From: an uncultured delta proteobacterium
GTDB lineage: Bacteria > Desulfobacterota > Binatia > Binatales > Binataceae
DNA: 64,000 bases
Assembly: GCA_963773975.1 (NCBI GenBank)
Contig: CAVZDJ010000011.1
Location: 13,223 to 77,222 of the forward strand
Reading direction: 5' to 3'
The translations under genes and the position numbers were made by a program. Under the pieces are notes generated by a model, which had not been told where the DNA came from, ran no database searches, and saw nothing but the letters and a program-made list of their open reading frames with translations. Below are positions 17,697 to 27,797 of this stretch, in pieces (positions within the stretch are counted from its first letter, which is position 1; every line of letters starts with the position of its first letter).

Positions 17697-18944
17697 ATGG
17701 GTGCAGGCGAATCCGTCAGGAATGTCAGCGGCGCCGGTAAGGCAGGGGTGTCGTCCAGCCGCCAGTGGGCCCCTTACCTGGAGGCCACGAGCGGCTTCAA
17801 GAACCATTGGTACCCCGCGCTGTTCAGTCACGAGCTCAAGGACAACGACGTCAAGGGCGTGCTGATCGCGGGCCACGAGATCGCGCTTCGGCGGGCCAAG
17901 GGCAAGACTTACGCGCTGCAGGATCGCTGCCTGCATCGGGGCGTGCGGATGTCGCGCCGTCCGTTGTGTCTGAGCGACGAGCTGATGAGTTGCTGGTACC
18001 ACGGCTACAGCTATGGCCTGGAAGACGGCGTGCTCAGGACGATCGTGGCCTCGCCCGACGACCCGATTCTCGGCAAGGTGCGGATCCGCACCTACCCGGT
18101 CGAAGAGCGCAACGGCATGATCTTCGTGTTCGTCGGCGACGAGGACTACCAGCCCGTGCCGCCGCTTTCATCCGACCTGCCGCTGCGCATCGGCACCGAT
18201 GAAGACCCAAACGCCGTCGCCTACGTCCTGGATGAACAGGTGTTCGTGCGCGGGATCCATCGTACCGGCAATTCCAACTGGCGCCTGGCGGTGGAAAACG
18301 GATACGACCCGGGCCACTGGCTGGTCCATATGGGCAACACGATCATCGCCAGCGCCGACGTTCTATTTCCGCTCGGCGCGCAGCCGGTTTCGGACGAGGC
18401 GGTTCGCGTGATCGAGGCGGAGGACGGGCCGAAAGGCGTGATGATGATGTACAACCGGCCCGAGGCGTGGAACATGGTGCTGGAAAATCCGGTCCTCGGC
18501 CTGAAGGCGCGCGGCACCAAGCCTTACTACTTGCGGACCTCGATGTACCTGCCGGGAGTGCTGTTGGTCGAGCACTGGCCGATCCCCGGCTGGGCGCAAT
18601 ACGAGTGGTACGTCCCCACCGACGAGACCCATCACGAGTACTGGGAAGTCCTGGTCGCCCACTGCCGCAACGAGGCGGACCTCAAGGACGCCGAGTATCG
18701 GTACAACAACGTGTTCGAGCCGCTGGCGCTGCGCGATTTCAACGACAACGATCTCTTCGCGCGCGAGGCGATGCAGGACTTCTACGAGACCGGGGACGGG
18801 TGGAACAAGGAGACCCTGTGCCAACTGGATAACGCGTTGACCGCCTGGCGCAAGGTGGCGTCGCGTTACAACCGCGGTATCCAGGAGCGGCCGGCCGCGC
18901 ATCAGGCCAACGGCGCCGGCGGCGGCGGCAATGGTCATCGTTGA
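17697..18944 (+). CDS. Rieske [2Fe-2S] non-haem-iron oxygenase, alpha-subunit type
   Basis: Rieske motif CLHRG...(17)...CWYHGY. C-terminal catalytic domain of about 250 aa. Confidence 0.9.
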   Translation: MGAGESVRNVSGAGKAGVSSSRQWAPYLEATSGFKNHWYPALFSHELKDNDVKGVLIAGHEIALRRAKGKTYALQDRCLHRGVRMSRRPLCLSDELMSCWYHGYSYGLEDGVLRTIVASPDDPILGKVRIRTYPVEERNGMIFVFVGDEDYQPVPPLSSDLPLRIGTDEDPNAVAYVLDEQVFVRGIHRTGNSNWRLAVENGYDPGHWLVHMGNTIIASADVLFPLGAQPVSDEAVRVIEAEDGPKGVMMMYNRPEAWNMVLENPVLGLKARGTKPYYLRTSMYLPGVLLVEHWPIPGWAQYEWYVPTDETHHEYWEVLVAHCRNEADLKDAEYRYNNVFEPLALRDFNDNDLFAREAMQDFYETGDGWNKETLCQLDNALTAWRKVASRYNRGIQERPAAHQANGAGGGGNGHR

Positions 18945-18986
18945 GAGCGTGCCGCAAAGCGCCAGGCTACCGCAGGGGAGACTCCG

Positions 18987-20321
18987 ATGGCCGAAAAGAC
19001 CCGCCTCGTTCCGCTCTCAGCCGAGCAGGAAAAATGGTACGCCGCGGCGTGCGAGCGGCTTAATCCGGAGCGTCTGCAAAGGCTGCTGCTCAATCTGATC
19101 GACATCCACAGCCCCACCGGCGCCGAGCGTCAGGCCAGCGAATTTATCGCCGGCTACATGCGCGAGCACCTGGGCGAGCACTCCCGCTATCAGCCGATAA
19201 GCGACGACACCGGTAACGCGATCGGCGAAGTCCGCGGCCACGGCGGCGGCGCCTCGCTCCTGCTCTACGCTCCGATCGACACTCACATCGACGCCGATCC
19301 GGAAAAAGATCTGCCGTGGGTCGGCCCCGCGTTTCGCGCCGACATGCTGCCCAAGGGCTTCGCGCGAGGCGGCCTGGTCTACGGCCTGGGCGCGGCGAAT
19401 CCCAAGGGGATGGTCGCGAGCCTGACCGAAATCGCAACCGCGCTCCGCGAAGCTGACGTACCGATCAAGGGCGACCTGCAGGTGGGGTTTGCCGGCGGCG
19501 GGATGCCGGTCAGCCTGCCCTATCGGCGCAACTACGGAATGAGCGACGGCGTGTATCACATGCTCACGCGCGGAGTGGCGCCCGATTTCGCGGTGATCAT
19601 GAAACCCTGGTGGGCGGTCTTCGCCGAAGAGCCGGGGATGTGCTGGTTCAAGGTCTCGGTGCGCGGCACGATGGGCTATGCGGGAATTACACGCGGGACT
19701 CCCGGCTACCGAAGTTCCATCATCCCGGCGCTTCGGGTGATCGAGGAGCTCGAGGCCTGGCTTCCGCAATACACCGCGCGTAACACGTCGGGCACCGTGC
19801 TGCCCGAAGGCCATATCGCGGCACTGCGCGCGGGATGGCCCGAGCGGCCGGCCTTTCCGTCGGCCACGACCGAAATTTATCTCGACGTGCGATGCAATCC
19901 GCGCACCTCGCCCGGCGAGGTCAAGGCGCAGTTTGCCGAGGCGATGCGCGCAATCCACGAGCGTCATCCGGAAATCGAATTCGACTGGGAGATGTACGGC
20001 GCCGCTCCGGGCGGGGCCACCGACCCACAAAACTGGATCGTGCAATCGAGCTATCGCGGATGGGAACGGGTCGAGGGAAGGCCGCACGGCAACGCGCCAA
20101 AGATGGGCGGGCAGACCGACGGGGCGCTCATCCGCCGCCTCGGCATCCCCTGCGCGCGAATCGGTTATCCGTGGCCGCCTGCCGGCTGCCCGGACGAGTA
20201 CAAGGAAGGGCTGGGCGGGATGGGCGTCGCCAGCGTCAATGATTTCATCAAATCGGCCAGGGCCATCATGTACGTCGTGATCGATACGCTGACCCGCTCG
20301 CGCGCCGACCTCGGACTGTAA
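18987..20321 (+). CDS. M20/M25/M40-family metallopeptidase / deacylase
   Basis: LIDIHSPTGAERQASEFIAGYMREHL, LLLYAPIDTH, about 444 aa, ArgE/DapE-like architecture. Confidence 0.85.
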   Translation: MAEKTRLVPLSAEQEKWYAAACERLNPERLQRLLLNLIDIHSPTGAERQASEFIAGYMREHLGEHSRYQPISDDTGNAIGEVRGHGGGASLLLYAPIDTHIDADPEKDLPWVGPAFRADMLPKGFARGGLVYGLGAANPKGMVASLTEIATALREADVPIKGDLQVGFAGGGMPVSLPYRRNYGMSDGVYHMLTRGVAPDFAVIMKPWWAVFAEEPGMCWFKVSVRGTMGYAGITRGTPGYRSSIIPALRVIEELEAWLPQYTARNTSGTVLPEGHIAALRAGWPERPAFPSATTEIYLDVRCNPRTSPGEVKAQFAEAMRAIHERHPEIEFDWEMYGAAPGGATDPQNWIVQSSYRGWERVEGRPHGNAPKMGGQTDGALIRRLGIPCARIGYPWPPAGCPDEYKEGLGGMGVASVNDFIKSARAIMYVVIDTLTRSRADLGL

Positions 20322-20535
20322 GCGCATCGCATCATCGATGCGTGGTGGACTCTAGCTCCTTCACCTCGTCCAGCATCTTGGCGCGCTTGCTCTGGTCGTC
20401 GTCGGGTTTCTGGGCAATCCCGTGCCCAACGTCGGTCCGCTAAAGAACCTGCCCGGAAAAATTAGCGGCAGACATAGGATCGCAGAAACAGTAGGCTGCT
20501 AACTGACTCGAAATCGGTATCGCAGGAGACAAGTT

Positions 20536-21273
20536 ATGGCCCTGAGCCTCTCGCGGCGCGCTGGAGCGGAATTCATCGGAACTTTTTGGCTGGTGCTGGG
20601 CGGATGCGGCAGCGCCGTCCTGGCCGCCGGCTTTCCCCATCTGGGAATCGGCTTCGCCGGAGTGGCGTTCGCCTTCGGGCTCACGCTGCTGACGATGGCC
20701 TACGCGATCGGCCACATTTCCGGATGCCACATCAATCCCGCCGTGAGCTTCGGATTGTGGGCCGGTGGACGTTTTCCGGGCGGCGAACTCGCGCCCTACG
20801 TGGCGGCGCAGGTGCTCGGCGGAATTTTCGCCGCCGCCGTGCTCTACGTCATCGCCAGCGGCGCCCCCGGCTTCAGCCTGGCCGGCGGCTTCGCGTCCAA
20901 CGGCTACGGCGCGCACTCGCCGGGCGGCTACAGTCTCGCCTCGGCGCTCGTATGCGAGGTCGTGATGACCCTGATGTTTCTGTTCGTGATCATGGGGGCG
21001 ACCGACCCGCGCGTTCCGGCCGGCTTCGCGCCGATTCCGATCGGATTGGCGCTGACGCTGATCCATTTGATCAGCATTCCGGTAACCAACACTTCGGTTA
21101 ATCCTGCGCGCAGCACCGGCCCCGCGCTCTTGGTCGGTGGATGGGCGATCGAGCAACTGTGGCTCTTCTGGGTGGCGCCAATCGCAGGCGCAATCCTGGG
21201 CGGTTCGCTTTACCGAGTTCTGATGGCGGAATCGCCAGAGGCTGAAGCGGCACGCCCGCCGCGGCCTATCTAG
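20536..21273 (+). CDS. aqpZ: aquaporin Z
   Basis: [19 protein letters not shown]...[11 protein letters not shown]...[12 protein letters not shown]. Both NPA boxes are present. Confidence 0.95.
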   Translation: MALSLSRRAGAEFIGTFWLVLGGCGSAVLAAGFPHLGIGFAGVAFAFGLTLLTMAYAIGHISGCHINPAVSFGLWAGGRFPGGELAPYVAAQVLGGIFAAAVLYVIASGAPGFSLAGGFASNGYGAHSPGGYSLASALVCEVVMTLMFLFVIMGATDPRVPAGFAPIPIGLALTLIHLISIPVTNTSVNPARSTGPALLVGGWAIEQLWLFWVAPIAGAILGGSLYRVLMAESPEAEAARPPRPI

Positions 21274-21367
21274 TATCGGGAAGCGGACAGCGCGAGCGCC
21301 GAGTGAGTCAGCCCGATCCTCGATTGGTGGCGGGCAAGTCACGACGCTCGCAACAGGTGGGCTCGCC

Positions 21368-21407
21368 AAAAAAAAGCGGAGCGGAGCCCGCGATGGCCCC
21401 GCTCCGC
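21368..21407 (-). terminator. rho-independent terminator of the ice-binding-like gene
   Basis: In minus-strand sense, GCGGAGCGG...CCGCTCCGC forms a 9-bp stem followed by TTTTTTTT. Confidence 0.75.
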
Positions 21408-21428
21408 GTTCGCGCCGAACCTCCCACT

Positions 21429-23165
21429 CTACGGAGTGGCTTTCACGACCGTATTGTCATCCAGCGTAACCGCGCCCGTCCCGGAAATAGCTCCTGCGAG
21501 CGCTCTGCCGTTCAGCGTCGCGCCGCTCACCATCGTTATTGAAGTATTTGCCAGGATGGTCCCAAAAAACGCTGAGCCCGTGCCGATCGTCGCTGAACTG
21601 CCCACTTCCCAGAATATCTGAGAAGGCTTGGCCCCGCCGGTCAGCGTAACCCCGAAGCCGGATGACGTGGTCAGGGTCGAAGCGATCTGAAAAATAAAGA
21701 CCGCATTCGGGTCGCCCCCCGCATCGAGCGTGAGGTTTCCGCCTCCTGAAATCGCCGTCGACGTCCCGGACCTGTAAAGGCCGGGAGTGAAGGTCAGACC
21801 ACCCACGTTGCCAACGGCGGGAGTAAAGGCTCCGACGCGTCCCTTGGCGTTGTTGTAAGCGACGGTCAGGTCCGCCATGGCAGCCTGCGCAGTGACATCG
21901 TCCACATGTTCCGTGCCCGTGACTGTGCCTGGCGGAAAATTAGTCAATGAAGTGCCCGGCCAAATGCCGAGATCTCCGGTAATCGAAGTCGGAGTCGACG
22001 TGTTGGTGACCGAAGCGGCAGCCAGCACCGCGAAGCTGGCAGCCGAGCCGAGAGGCACCGGGCTGAGATCTGAGCCGGTCGTAAACTGCCATACATAATT
22101 ACCCGACAGCTGATTCCCAGCTAGCGCGTTGCCCATCAGATCGTCCGCCTCGTTGGTAATCGTGGCGGTGTATAGGGTATTCGACAAAAGATTGGCCTTC
22201 GGCACAAAAGTCGCCGTCGTGACCTTGTTGACCGAGTCGTAGGAATAGGTGACGGTGCCAACTGTCTGACCGCCCGACCACGTCAAAAGGAAATCCCCGG
22301 TAGTAATGGTCGCATAGTTCATCGCCTTGCTGAAAGTCGCACTAACCAGCTGATCGACCGGCACACTCGTTGCATTTTCGGCCGGGTTCGTGGAAGTCAC
22401 AGTAGGTTTGACAAGATCCGGACCTGCCCCAGTGTCAAAACTCCATACATAGTTCGCAGCCAACGGATTGTGCGCGAGATCTTTGGCTCCAGTCGTAATC
22501 GTGGCGATATAGTGAGTGTTACTTCTGAGACCGAAAATGGGCCGGAAGGTCACAGATCCGGATGCGTAATTGACTGCTCCCATTACCGCACTTCCTCCCG
22601 GTTTAGTCACCGTGAAGGTTGCGGTCGTGAGCGAACCCGCGGACATCTCCTTGTTGAAAATTGCGACGATTTTCTGGTTCGTGGGTACATTAACTGCGAT
22701 ATTGGCTGGATTCGTAAAACTCACCGTCGGGGCGGTGGCATCGCTCGTAGTACCGGTGGTGAAGCTCCATACATACGCCTGGTCCAGCGGAACCCCTGCC
22801 AGGTCGGAGGCCTCGCGTCTGACTCTGCCCGTATATTTGGTGTTGGGCGCGAGATTGGCAAGCGGCCTCAAGATCGAGGTTCTGCCATAGGTGTTGATCG
22901 TTGCGTTCACAGAGGTTCCGTTAGGTCGTTGCAAAATGAGGCATGCGGCAATCGACGGAACGGACATCTGCTGGCTGAAGGTGACTGTAATCGGCTGGTT
23001 GAGGGTCACGCCAGTCAGGCCATCAGCGGGACTCGTCGCGGTCACCGAGGGCACGATGGAGCCCGGGGTTTCGAATTGTGAGTGACTGACTATTGCCCAA
23101 GTGGACATGAACGCGATCAGGATTATCGCGATGAACCACAGCTTAAGCGGTTCTTGTTTCTTCAT
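21429..23165 (-). CDS. secreted protein with four Ig-like (SbsA/Big_5-type) repeats and a C-terminal DUF3494 ice-binding-like domain
   Basis: Signal/TM segment MKKQEPLKLWFIAIILIAFMSTWA. Repeats of SPADGLTGV..ITVTFS..M. C-terminus LGSAASFAVLAAASVTNT..ITGDLGIWPGTSLTNFPPG..DPNAVFIFQIASTLTT..IFWEVGSSATIGTGSAF.GTILA..SIT...GATLNGRALA matches the DUF3494 consensus as I recall it. Confidence 0.85.
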   Translation of the reverse strand: MKKQEPLKLWFIAIILIAFMSTWAIVSHSQFETPGSIVPSVTATSPADGLTGVTLNQPITVTFSQQMSVPSIAACLILQRPNGTSVNATINTYGRTSILRPLANLAPNTKYTGRVRREASDLAGVPLDQAYVWSFTTGTTSDATAPTVSFTNPANIAVNVPTNQKIVAIFNKEMSAGSLTTATFTVTKPGGSAVMGAVNYASGSVTFRPIFGLRSNTHYIATITTGAKDLAHNPLAANYVWSFDTGAGPDLVKPTVTSTNPAENATSVPVDQLVSATFSKAMNYATITTGDFLLTWSGGQTVGTVTYSYDSVNKVTTATFVPKANLLSNTLYTATITNEADDLMGNALAGNQLSGNYVWQFTTGSDLSPVPLGSAASFAVLAAASVTNTSTPTSITGDLGIWPGTSLTNFPPGTVTGTEHVDDVTAQAAMADLTVAYNNAKGRVGAFTPAVGNVGGLTFTPGLYRSGTSTAISGGGNLTLDAGGDPNAVFIFQIASTLTTSSGFGVTLTGGAKPSQIFWEVGSSATIGTGSAFFGTILANTSITMVSGATLNGRALAGAISGTGAVTLDDNTVVKATP

Positions 23166-23681
23166 TTGGATCTTTCTCCGGCCGAGGGCTACAACTTGAG
23201 ATGCGCCTTGTTATGTGGGTGCGAACTCTCGCACCGGTTTATTGACCTCGCGTTCATAGGGATGGGTATCAAGTTTACGTTTCACTTTATTCTGCGATGA
23301 CTTTCGGAACTATCCTCTCGCCGGTATTATAGGTTACATAGAGAACCAAGCGCGGCGAAGTGATGACTGTGTATCAGGTTTAATATGCACTCAATCACGG
23401 CGAGCGACTGTGGGGAATTCAGAGATGACAGGAACTGACTAAAGAGAAATCAAACAAATACTGAAGGTGCCGTTGGGTTGCGAAGACCGCGACTCCTGTA
23501 ATTACTACTCGTCAGCGCTTGCTTGAAGAAAGCACGCATTATCCTCAATGTATCGCTGACTTCTTGAACCTTGGACGGCAAGGTTTCACAGTACGATTCT
23601 CAGATTCGAGACAGTTAGGCTGTTAACATTGCCTTGTCCAAGGAGAGGGACAGATAGAGGGTCGGGGGGGGGCGCGCGAAA

Positions 23682-24308
23682 CTAGGGCCGCTTGAACATC
23701 CGCTCCAGCGCGGCCGGCACCTCGCTTAGCGTCCCCACGCGATGCGGATGGACGACGCGCGCGCCAACGCCGAGGAAGTGCGCTCCCGCCTCGAGCGCCG
23801 CTTCGGCGTCGATCTGGCTATCGCCGACGTACACCGCGCGCTCAGGGGCGACGCCCGCGCGCTCCAGGCACAGGCGTACGATGTCGGGTGCGGGCTTGGG
23901 GCGAACCTTGTCGCGCGCGCTCGCCACCGCGTCGAACACGCCGTCGAGGCCCAGATGCTCGATCAACCCAAGCGTGGTGGCCGAACGGTTGGTCGCGAGC
24001 GCCACGCGGTAGCGGCGCTTCAATTCGAGCAGGAACGGCCGCAGCTCCAAGGACGGGCGCAAGAGCGCAAAGAAAGGGCCGAAGTCGATCGTCCGCGCGA
24101 CCTCGCGCATCCGCTCGAGCTTGGCCGCATCCTCGCGCGCGCGGAGCTCGAACACCTGCATCGCGGCCAGGAAGATGCACGCCCGCTCCTCGTCGGGGCT
24201 GAGCGGCGGCTCGCCAATCTCGGCGAAGATCGCGTTGTAGTACGCCATGTTGGACTCGGCCGACTCGAACAAAACGCCGTCAGCGTCAAAGATCACCAGG
24301 TCAAGCAT
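23682..24308 (-). CDS. HAD-superfamily hydrolase (phosphoglycolate phosphatase-like, subfamily IA)
   Basis: MLDLVIFDADGVLFES (DxDGxL motif I), ...ATNRS..., VYVGDSQIDAEAA. Confidence 0.85.
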   Translation of the reverse strand: MLDLVIFDADGVLFESAESNMAYYNAIFAEIGEPPLSPDEERACIFLAAMQVFELRAREDAAKLERMREVARTIDFGPFFALLRPSLELRPFLLELKRRYRVALATNRSATTLGLIEHLGLDGVFDAVASARDKVRPKPAPDIVRLCLERAGVAPERAVYVGDSQIDAEAALEAGAHFLGVGARVVHPHRVGTLSEVPAALERMFKRP

Positions 24309-24472
24309 CGCCAGTAACGTCGTCCTCCGTAGTGTCTTCGGGTATCATACCGCGTAAGCAGGAAATCATATCGCATGGCGGAGACGGATCGCGGTTGCAA
24401 GACGGAACCTGATTTGCTCCAACCGAATTGAACCGATAACGATTAGCGACCGTCTGCCAAGGAGCGCATCAG

Positions 24473-25441
24473 GTGAAGGCTATCGTTTTTGAACAAACCG
24501 GCGACCCCAGCGTGCTCAAGTACGTCGAAGTGCCGAAACCCGAGCTCGCCCCCGGAACCGCGCTCGTCAAGGTGCATGCGGCCGGAATCAACTTCGCCGA
24601 CACCTTCTTCATCCGTGGCGAATACATGATCAAACCGCGGCTGCCCGATACGCCGGGAATGGAAGCGGCCGGCGTGATCGAGGCGGTCGCACCCGACGTC
24701 AAGGACCTGAAGCCCGGGATGCGCGTGACCTCGGTTACGCTCAAGGCTTACGCCGAGTATTGCCTCGTCCGGCCCGCGCAGGTGATCCCGCTGGCCGACT
24801 TCGTCAGCTTCGAGGAGGGCGCCGCCTTCCCGATTCAGGTGCTGACCGCGTGGCACATCCTGCATACCGCGCATACCACGGGCGCGGGCCAGACCGTGGT
24901 GGTGCATTCCGCGGCCGGCGGCGTCGGAATCGTCGCGGTGCAGATCGCCAAAGCGGCCGGCGCGCGCGTGATCGGCACGGTGTCGAGCGACTCCAAGACC
25001 GCGCTGGTCAAGCAGTACGGCGCCGACGAAGTGATCAATTACGAAAGCTCCGACTTCGCCGCCGAGACGATGCGCCTGACCGGCGGACGCGGCGCCGATC
25101 TGATCCTGGACGCGGTGGGCAAGCCGACCTTCGAGGCGGGCCTGAAGTGCCTCGCGCCGTTCGGCCACCTGCTGCTTTACGGCCGCGCGGGCGGAGCGCC
25201 CGATCCGCTCAACGTGTTCCGGCTGTTCGAGAAATCGGCCAAGGTGAGCGGCTTCGTGCTGCCGGTGGTGTTCGCGATGCCCGAGCTGATGCGCGAGGGG
25301 ATCGAGAAATCGTTCGCGCTGATGCGCGAGAAGAAACTCGAGTTGTTGATCGGCAAAAGTTTTCCGCTGGCCCAGGCCGCCGAGGCGCTTCGCTTCCTGC
25401 AATCGCGTCAATCAGTTGGCAAACTGGTGCTCGTTCCGTAG
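24473..25441 (+). CDS. qor: NADPH:quinone oxidoreductase (zinc-type alcohol dehydrogenase superfamily)
   Basis: GTG start after AAGGAG. MKAIVFEQTGDPSVLKYVEVPKPEL..VKVHAAGINFAD, AAGGVG nucleotide fold. Confidence 0.85.
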   Translation: MKAIVFEQTGDPSVLKYVEVPKPELAPGTALVKVHAAGINFADTFFIRGEYMIKPRLPDTPGMEAAGVIEAVAPDVKDLKPGMRVTSVTLKAYAEYCLVRPAQVIPLADFVSFEEGAAFPIQVLTAWHILHTAHTTGAGQTVVVHSAAGGVGIVAVQIAKAAGARVIGTVSSDSKTALVKQYGADEVINYESSDFAAETMRLTGGRGADLILDAVGKPTFEAGLKCLAPFGHLLLYGRAGGAPDPLNVFRLFEKSAKVSGFVLPVVFAMPELMREGIEKSFALMREKKLELLIGKSFPLAQAAEALRFLQSRQSVGKLVLVP

Positions 25442-25489
25442 GTACATAGCAGCGCGAGCGGCTATTTCGGCCGCCGTGGGGAGATTTCG

Positions 25490-26218
25490 ATGGCCGCGCA
25501 AGCAAATCAGCCGGGAGTAGCGATGGTGGTCGGCGTGGGACCCGGACTCGGCGCTGCGCTGGTGCGCCGTTTCGCCCAGGGTGGACATCCCGTTGCGATG
25601 ATCGCGCGCTCGCGCGAGTTCATGGACGGACTCGCCGCCGAGGTTAAGGCGGCCGGCGGCCGCACGCTGGCGCTAACCGCCGACGTCGGCGACGCGGCCG
25701 GGATTGGCCGCGCGTTCGACGCCGTGCGCTCGAAACTCGGCGCGCCCGAAGTGCTGTTGTATAACGCCGGCAGCGGCAACTGGGGCACGATCACCGAAAT
25801 CACGCCCGAGCAATACGAAGAATCATGGCGGGCGAACGCCTACGGCGCATTTCTGTGCGCCAAGCAGGCCGTCACCGACATGATCAAGAACAAGCGCGGC
25901 GTGATGCTGTTCACCGGCGCGACCGCCGGAATCAAGGCGGGGCCGATGTCGGCGGCGTTCGGACCGGCCAAGTTCGCAGTCCGAGGACTCGCGCAATCGC
26001 TGGCGCGCGATCTTGGCCCGCGTGGAATCCACGTCGCCTACGTCAACGTCGACGGGATCATCGACATCCCGCATATCCGCTCCCGGATGCCCTCGCTCAA
26101 GGACGAGGACGTGCTCAAGCCGGCCGCAATCGCCGAAGCCTACTGGTACCTGGCCAATCAGGACCCGAGCGCGTGGACCCAGGAGCTGGACGTGCGCCCG
26201 TTCAAGGAGAAATTTTAG
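25490..26218 (+). CDS. short-chain dehydrogenase/reductase (SDR)
   Basis: VVGVGPGLGAALVRRFAQGG (TGxxxGxG-like), NAG, Y..K catalytic region. 242 aa. Confidence 0.9.
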   Translation: MAAQANQPGVAMVVGVGPGLGAALVRRFAQGGHPVAMIARSREFMDGLAAEVKAAGGRTLALTADVGDAAGIGRAFDAVRSKLGAPEVLLYNAGSGNWGTITEITPEQYEESWRANAYGAFLCAKQAVTDMIKNKRGVMLFTGATAGIKAGPMSAAFGPAKFAVRGLAQSLARDLGPRGIHVAYVNVDGIIDIPHIRSRMPSLKDEDVLKPAAIAEAYWYLANQDPSAWTQELDVRPFKEKF

Positions 26219-26260
26219 GGGTCTATCCGGCGCGAGTGCAGCGCAGGGGCTCATTGAGCA

Positions 26261-26884
26261 GTGAGTAATGCGATGAGTGTCCAACCGGCAAGCGGACGTA
26301 AATCGGTGCGGATTCCCAAGGGTCCGGCAAAGGTGATTCCTTTGCCAGCGGGAGGGCGGCGCCGGCGCTATCGGCGCAAAGTCGGGATCGGAATCGCGTC
26401 ATTAGGATTGGCGGCAACGGGCGCGGCGCTGGTATGGCTTTACCTGGTCCCGCTCATCGGGCTCGCGCCCGGCCTGACGGCCGGGATGAGCGCGCAGGAG
26501 GCGGAAATTCTGCGGCTGGTGAATGATGCGCGCAAACGCGCCGGCGCGCCGGCCCTTAAATCGTCGCAACGCCTGGTGCTGGCCTCGCGCGGCCATAGCT
26601 ACGACATGGCGTTGCGCAACTATCTCGGCCACGACGGCCCCGCCGGCGACACTCCCGCCGAGCGCGTGCGCGGCGTCGGCGTCGACTCGGTAGCACTGGG
26701 CGAAAATCTCTACCTGGACCACGAGACCGACCGCGCGCGGTTGGCCGAGCGCGCGGTAAAGGGATGGCTCAACAGCCCCGAGCATCGCGCCAACCTGCTC
26801 TCGCCCGATTTCGCCCAGACCGGCATCGGAATCGCGCGCGCCGCCGACGGCACGGCCTACGTCACGCAAGATTTCGCCAAATAG
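26261..26884 (+). CDS. CAP (SCP/PR-1/YkwD-like) domain protein with N-terminal membrane anchor
   Basis: EILRLVNDARKRAGAPAL...HSYDM...YLGHDG...GENL...GWLNSPEHRANLLSPDF..GIG. Confidence 0.85.
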   Translation: MSNAMSVQPASGRKSVRIPKGPAKVIPLPAGGRRRRYRRKVGIGIASLGLAATGAALVWLYLVPLIGLAPGLTAGMSAQEAEILRLVNDARKRAGAPALKSSQRLVLASRGHSYDMALRNYLGHDGPAGDTPAERVRGVGVDSVALGENLYLDHETDRARLAERAVKGWLNSPEHRANLLSPDFAQTGIGIARAADGTAYVTQDFAK

Positions 26885-26942
26885 ATTCCATCTAGCGGCG
26901 GTGCGAGAACGGCCCCTTCAGAATCGGAATCGCACCCACACT

Positions 26943-27650
26943 TTAGCCCAGCGCCTCGAACGTCCGCTCGAGCCATCGCATCACCTTGGCGTGCGCGTGA
27001 ATTTCCGCCTCGGCGACCGGCGTAAACGGAACGTTGAGCGCGCCGACCTGCGCCGCCACCGCAACGTCGGCGATCGACAATTCCGCGCCGCATAAGAATT
27101 GCCCGTCGACCATCGCGTCCAGCCAATCGAGCGCGGCCCTGAATTTCTCGCGCTGCTCGCCCACTCCAAGGCGTCCCAGCCCCTGTCCGCGCAACTGCCC
27201 GCGCGTCTGCCGCGCGAGGAGCAACTTCACCATCGGCCTCATCGCGGCCGGCACCGGACTAAAGACGACCTCGGCAAACTTCGCGAACTGCTCCGCGACC
27301 TGCCATCGTTCATAGACCACGTGCCAGTACAGCGATTCGTCGGCCCAATCTTCGAGCATCAAGGCCAGCGCGCGCGTACGCGGATTCTGCGGATACAGCC
27401 GCGGCTCCGGATGATGCGTTTCGAGATGGCGGATGATGTCGGTGGAATCGGCGAGCTTCACTCCGTCGTCGATCAGCACCGGCAGCTTGCCGCGCGGGTT
27501 GAGCTTGCGCACCTCGATCGGCGAGGTGGCGTTGATGGTGTCGTACGGGACGCGCTTGTAGCGCATCGCGTCGCGCACCTTGACACAAAAGGGCGACGCC
27601 GATTCCAGATCGCCCAGCGGCCCAAACTGGTAAAGCTGAATTTTCCCCAT
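26943..27650 (-). CDS. glutathione S-transferase-family protein
   Basis: Thioredoxin-like N-domain (SPFCVKVR..KLPVLIDDG..LADSTDIIRHLE) plus a helical C-domain. Confidence 0.85.
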   Translation of the reverse strand: MGKIQLYQFGPLGDLESASPFCVKVRDAMRYKRVPYDTINATSPIEVRKLNPRGKLPVLIDDGVKLADSTDIIRHLETHHPEPRLYPQNPRTRALALMLEDWADESLYWHVVYERWQVAEQFAKFAEVVFSPVPAAMRPMVKLLLARQTRGQLRGQGLGRLGVGEQREKFRAALDWLDAMVDGQFLCGAELSIADVAVAAQVGALNVPFTPVAEAEIHAHAKVMRWLERTFEALG

Positions 27651-27797
27651 AGGTGCCTCTCTCTATCCTGTGGCCATGCCCGGCCGAACCACATTTTCGA
27701 TGCGATCGCTGAAGTAAGACAAGCAACTGGCGCTTGAGCCTCCGAGCGCCTAGAATCAGATGCAAACAAGGAACGACGAAGAACAAGGTAATTATCC

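Noticed and set aside
19017-20327. 436-aa minus-strand ORF
   Set aside because: Antisense shadow of the M20 peptidase gene.
20340-20445. Minus-strand stop-to-stop frame ending ...KRAKMLDEVKELESTTHR upstream of aqpZ
   Set aside because: Only a 14-codon ATG-initiated ORF is possible, with no recognisable family. It is treated as non-coding.
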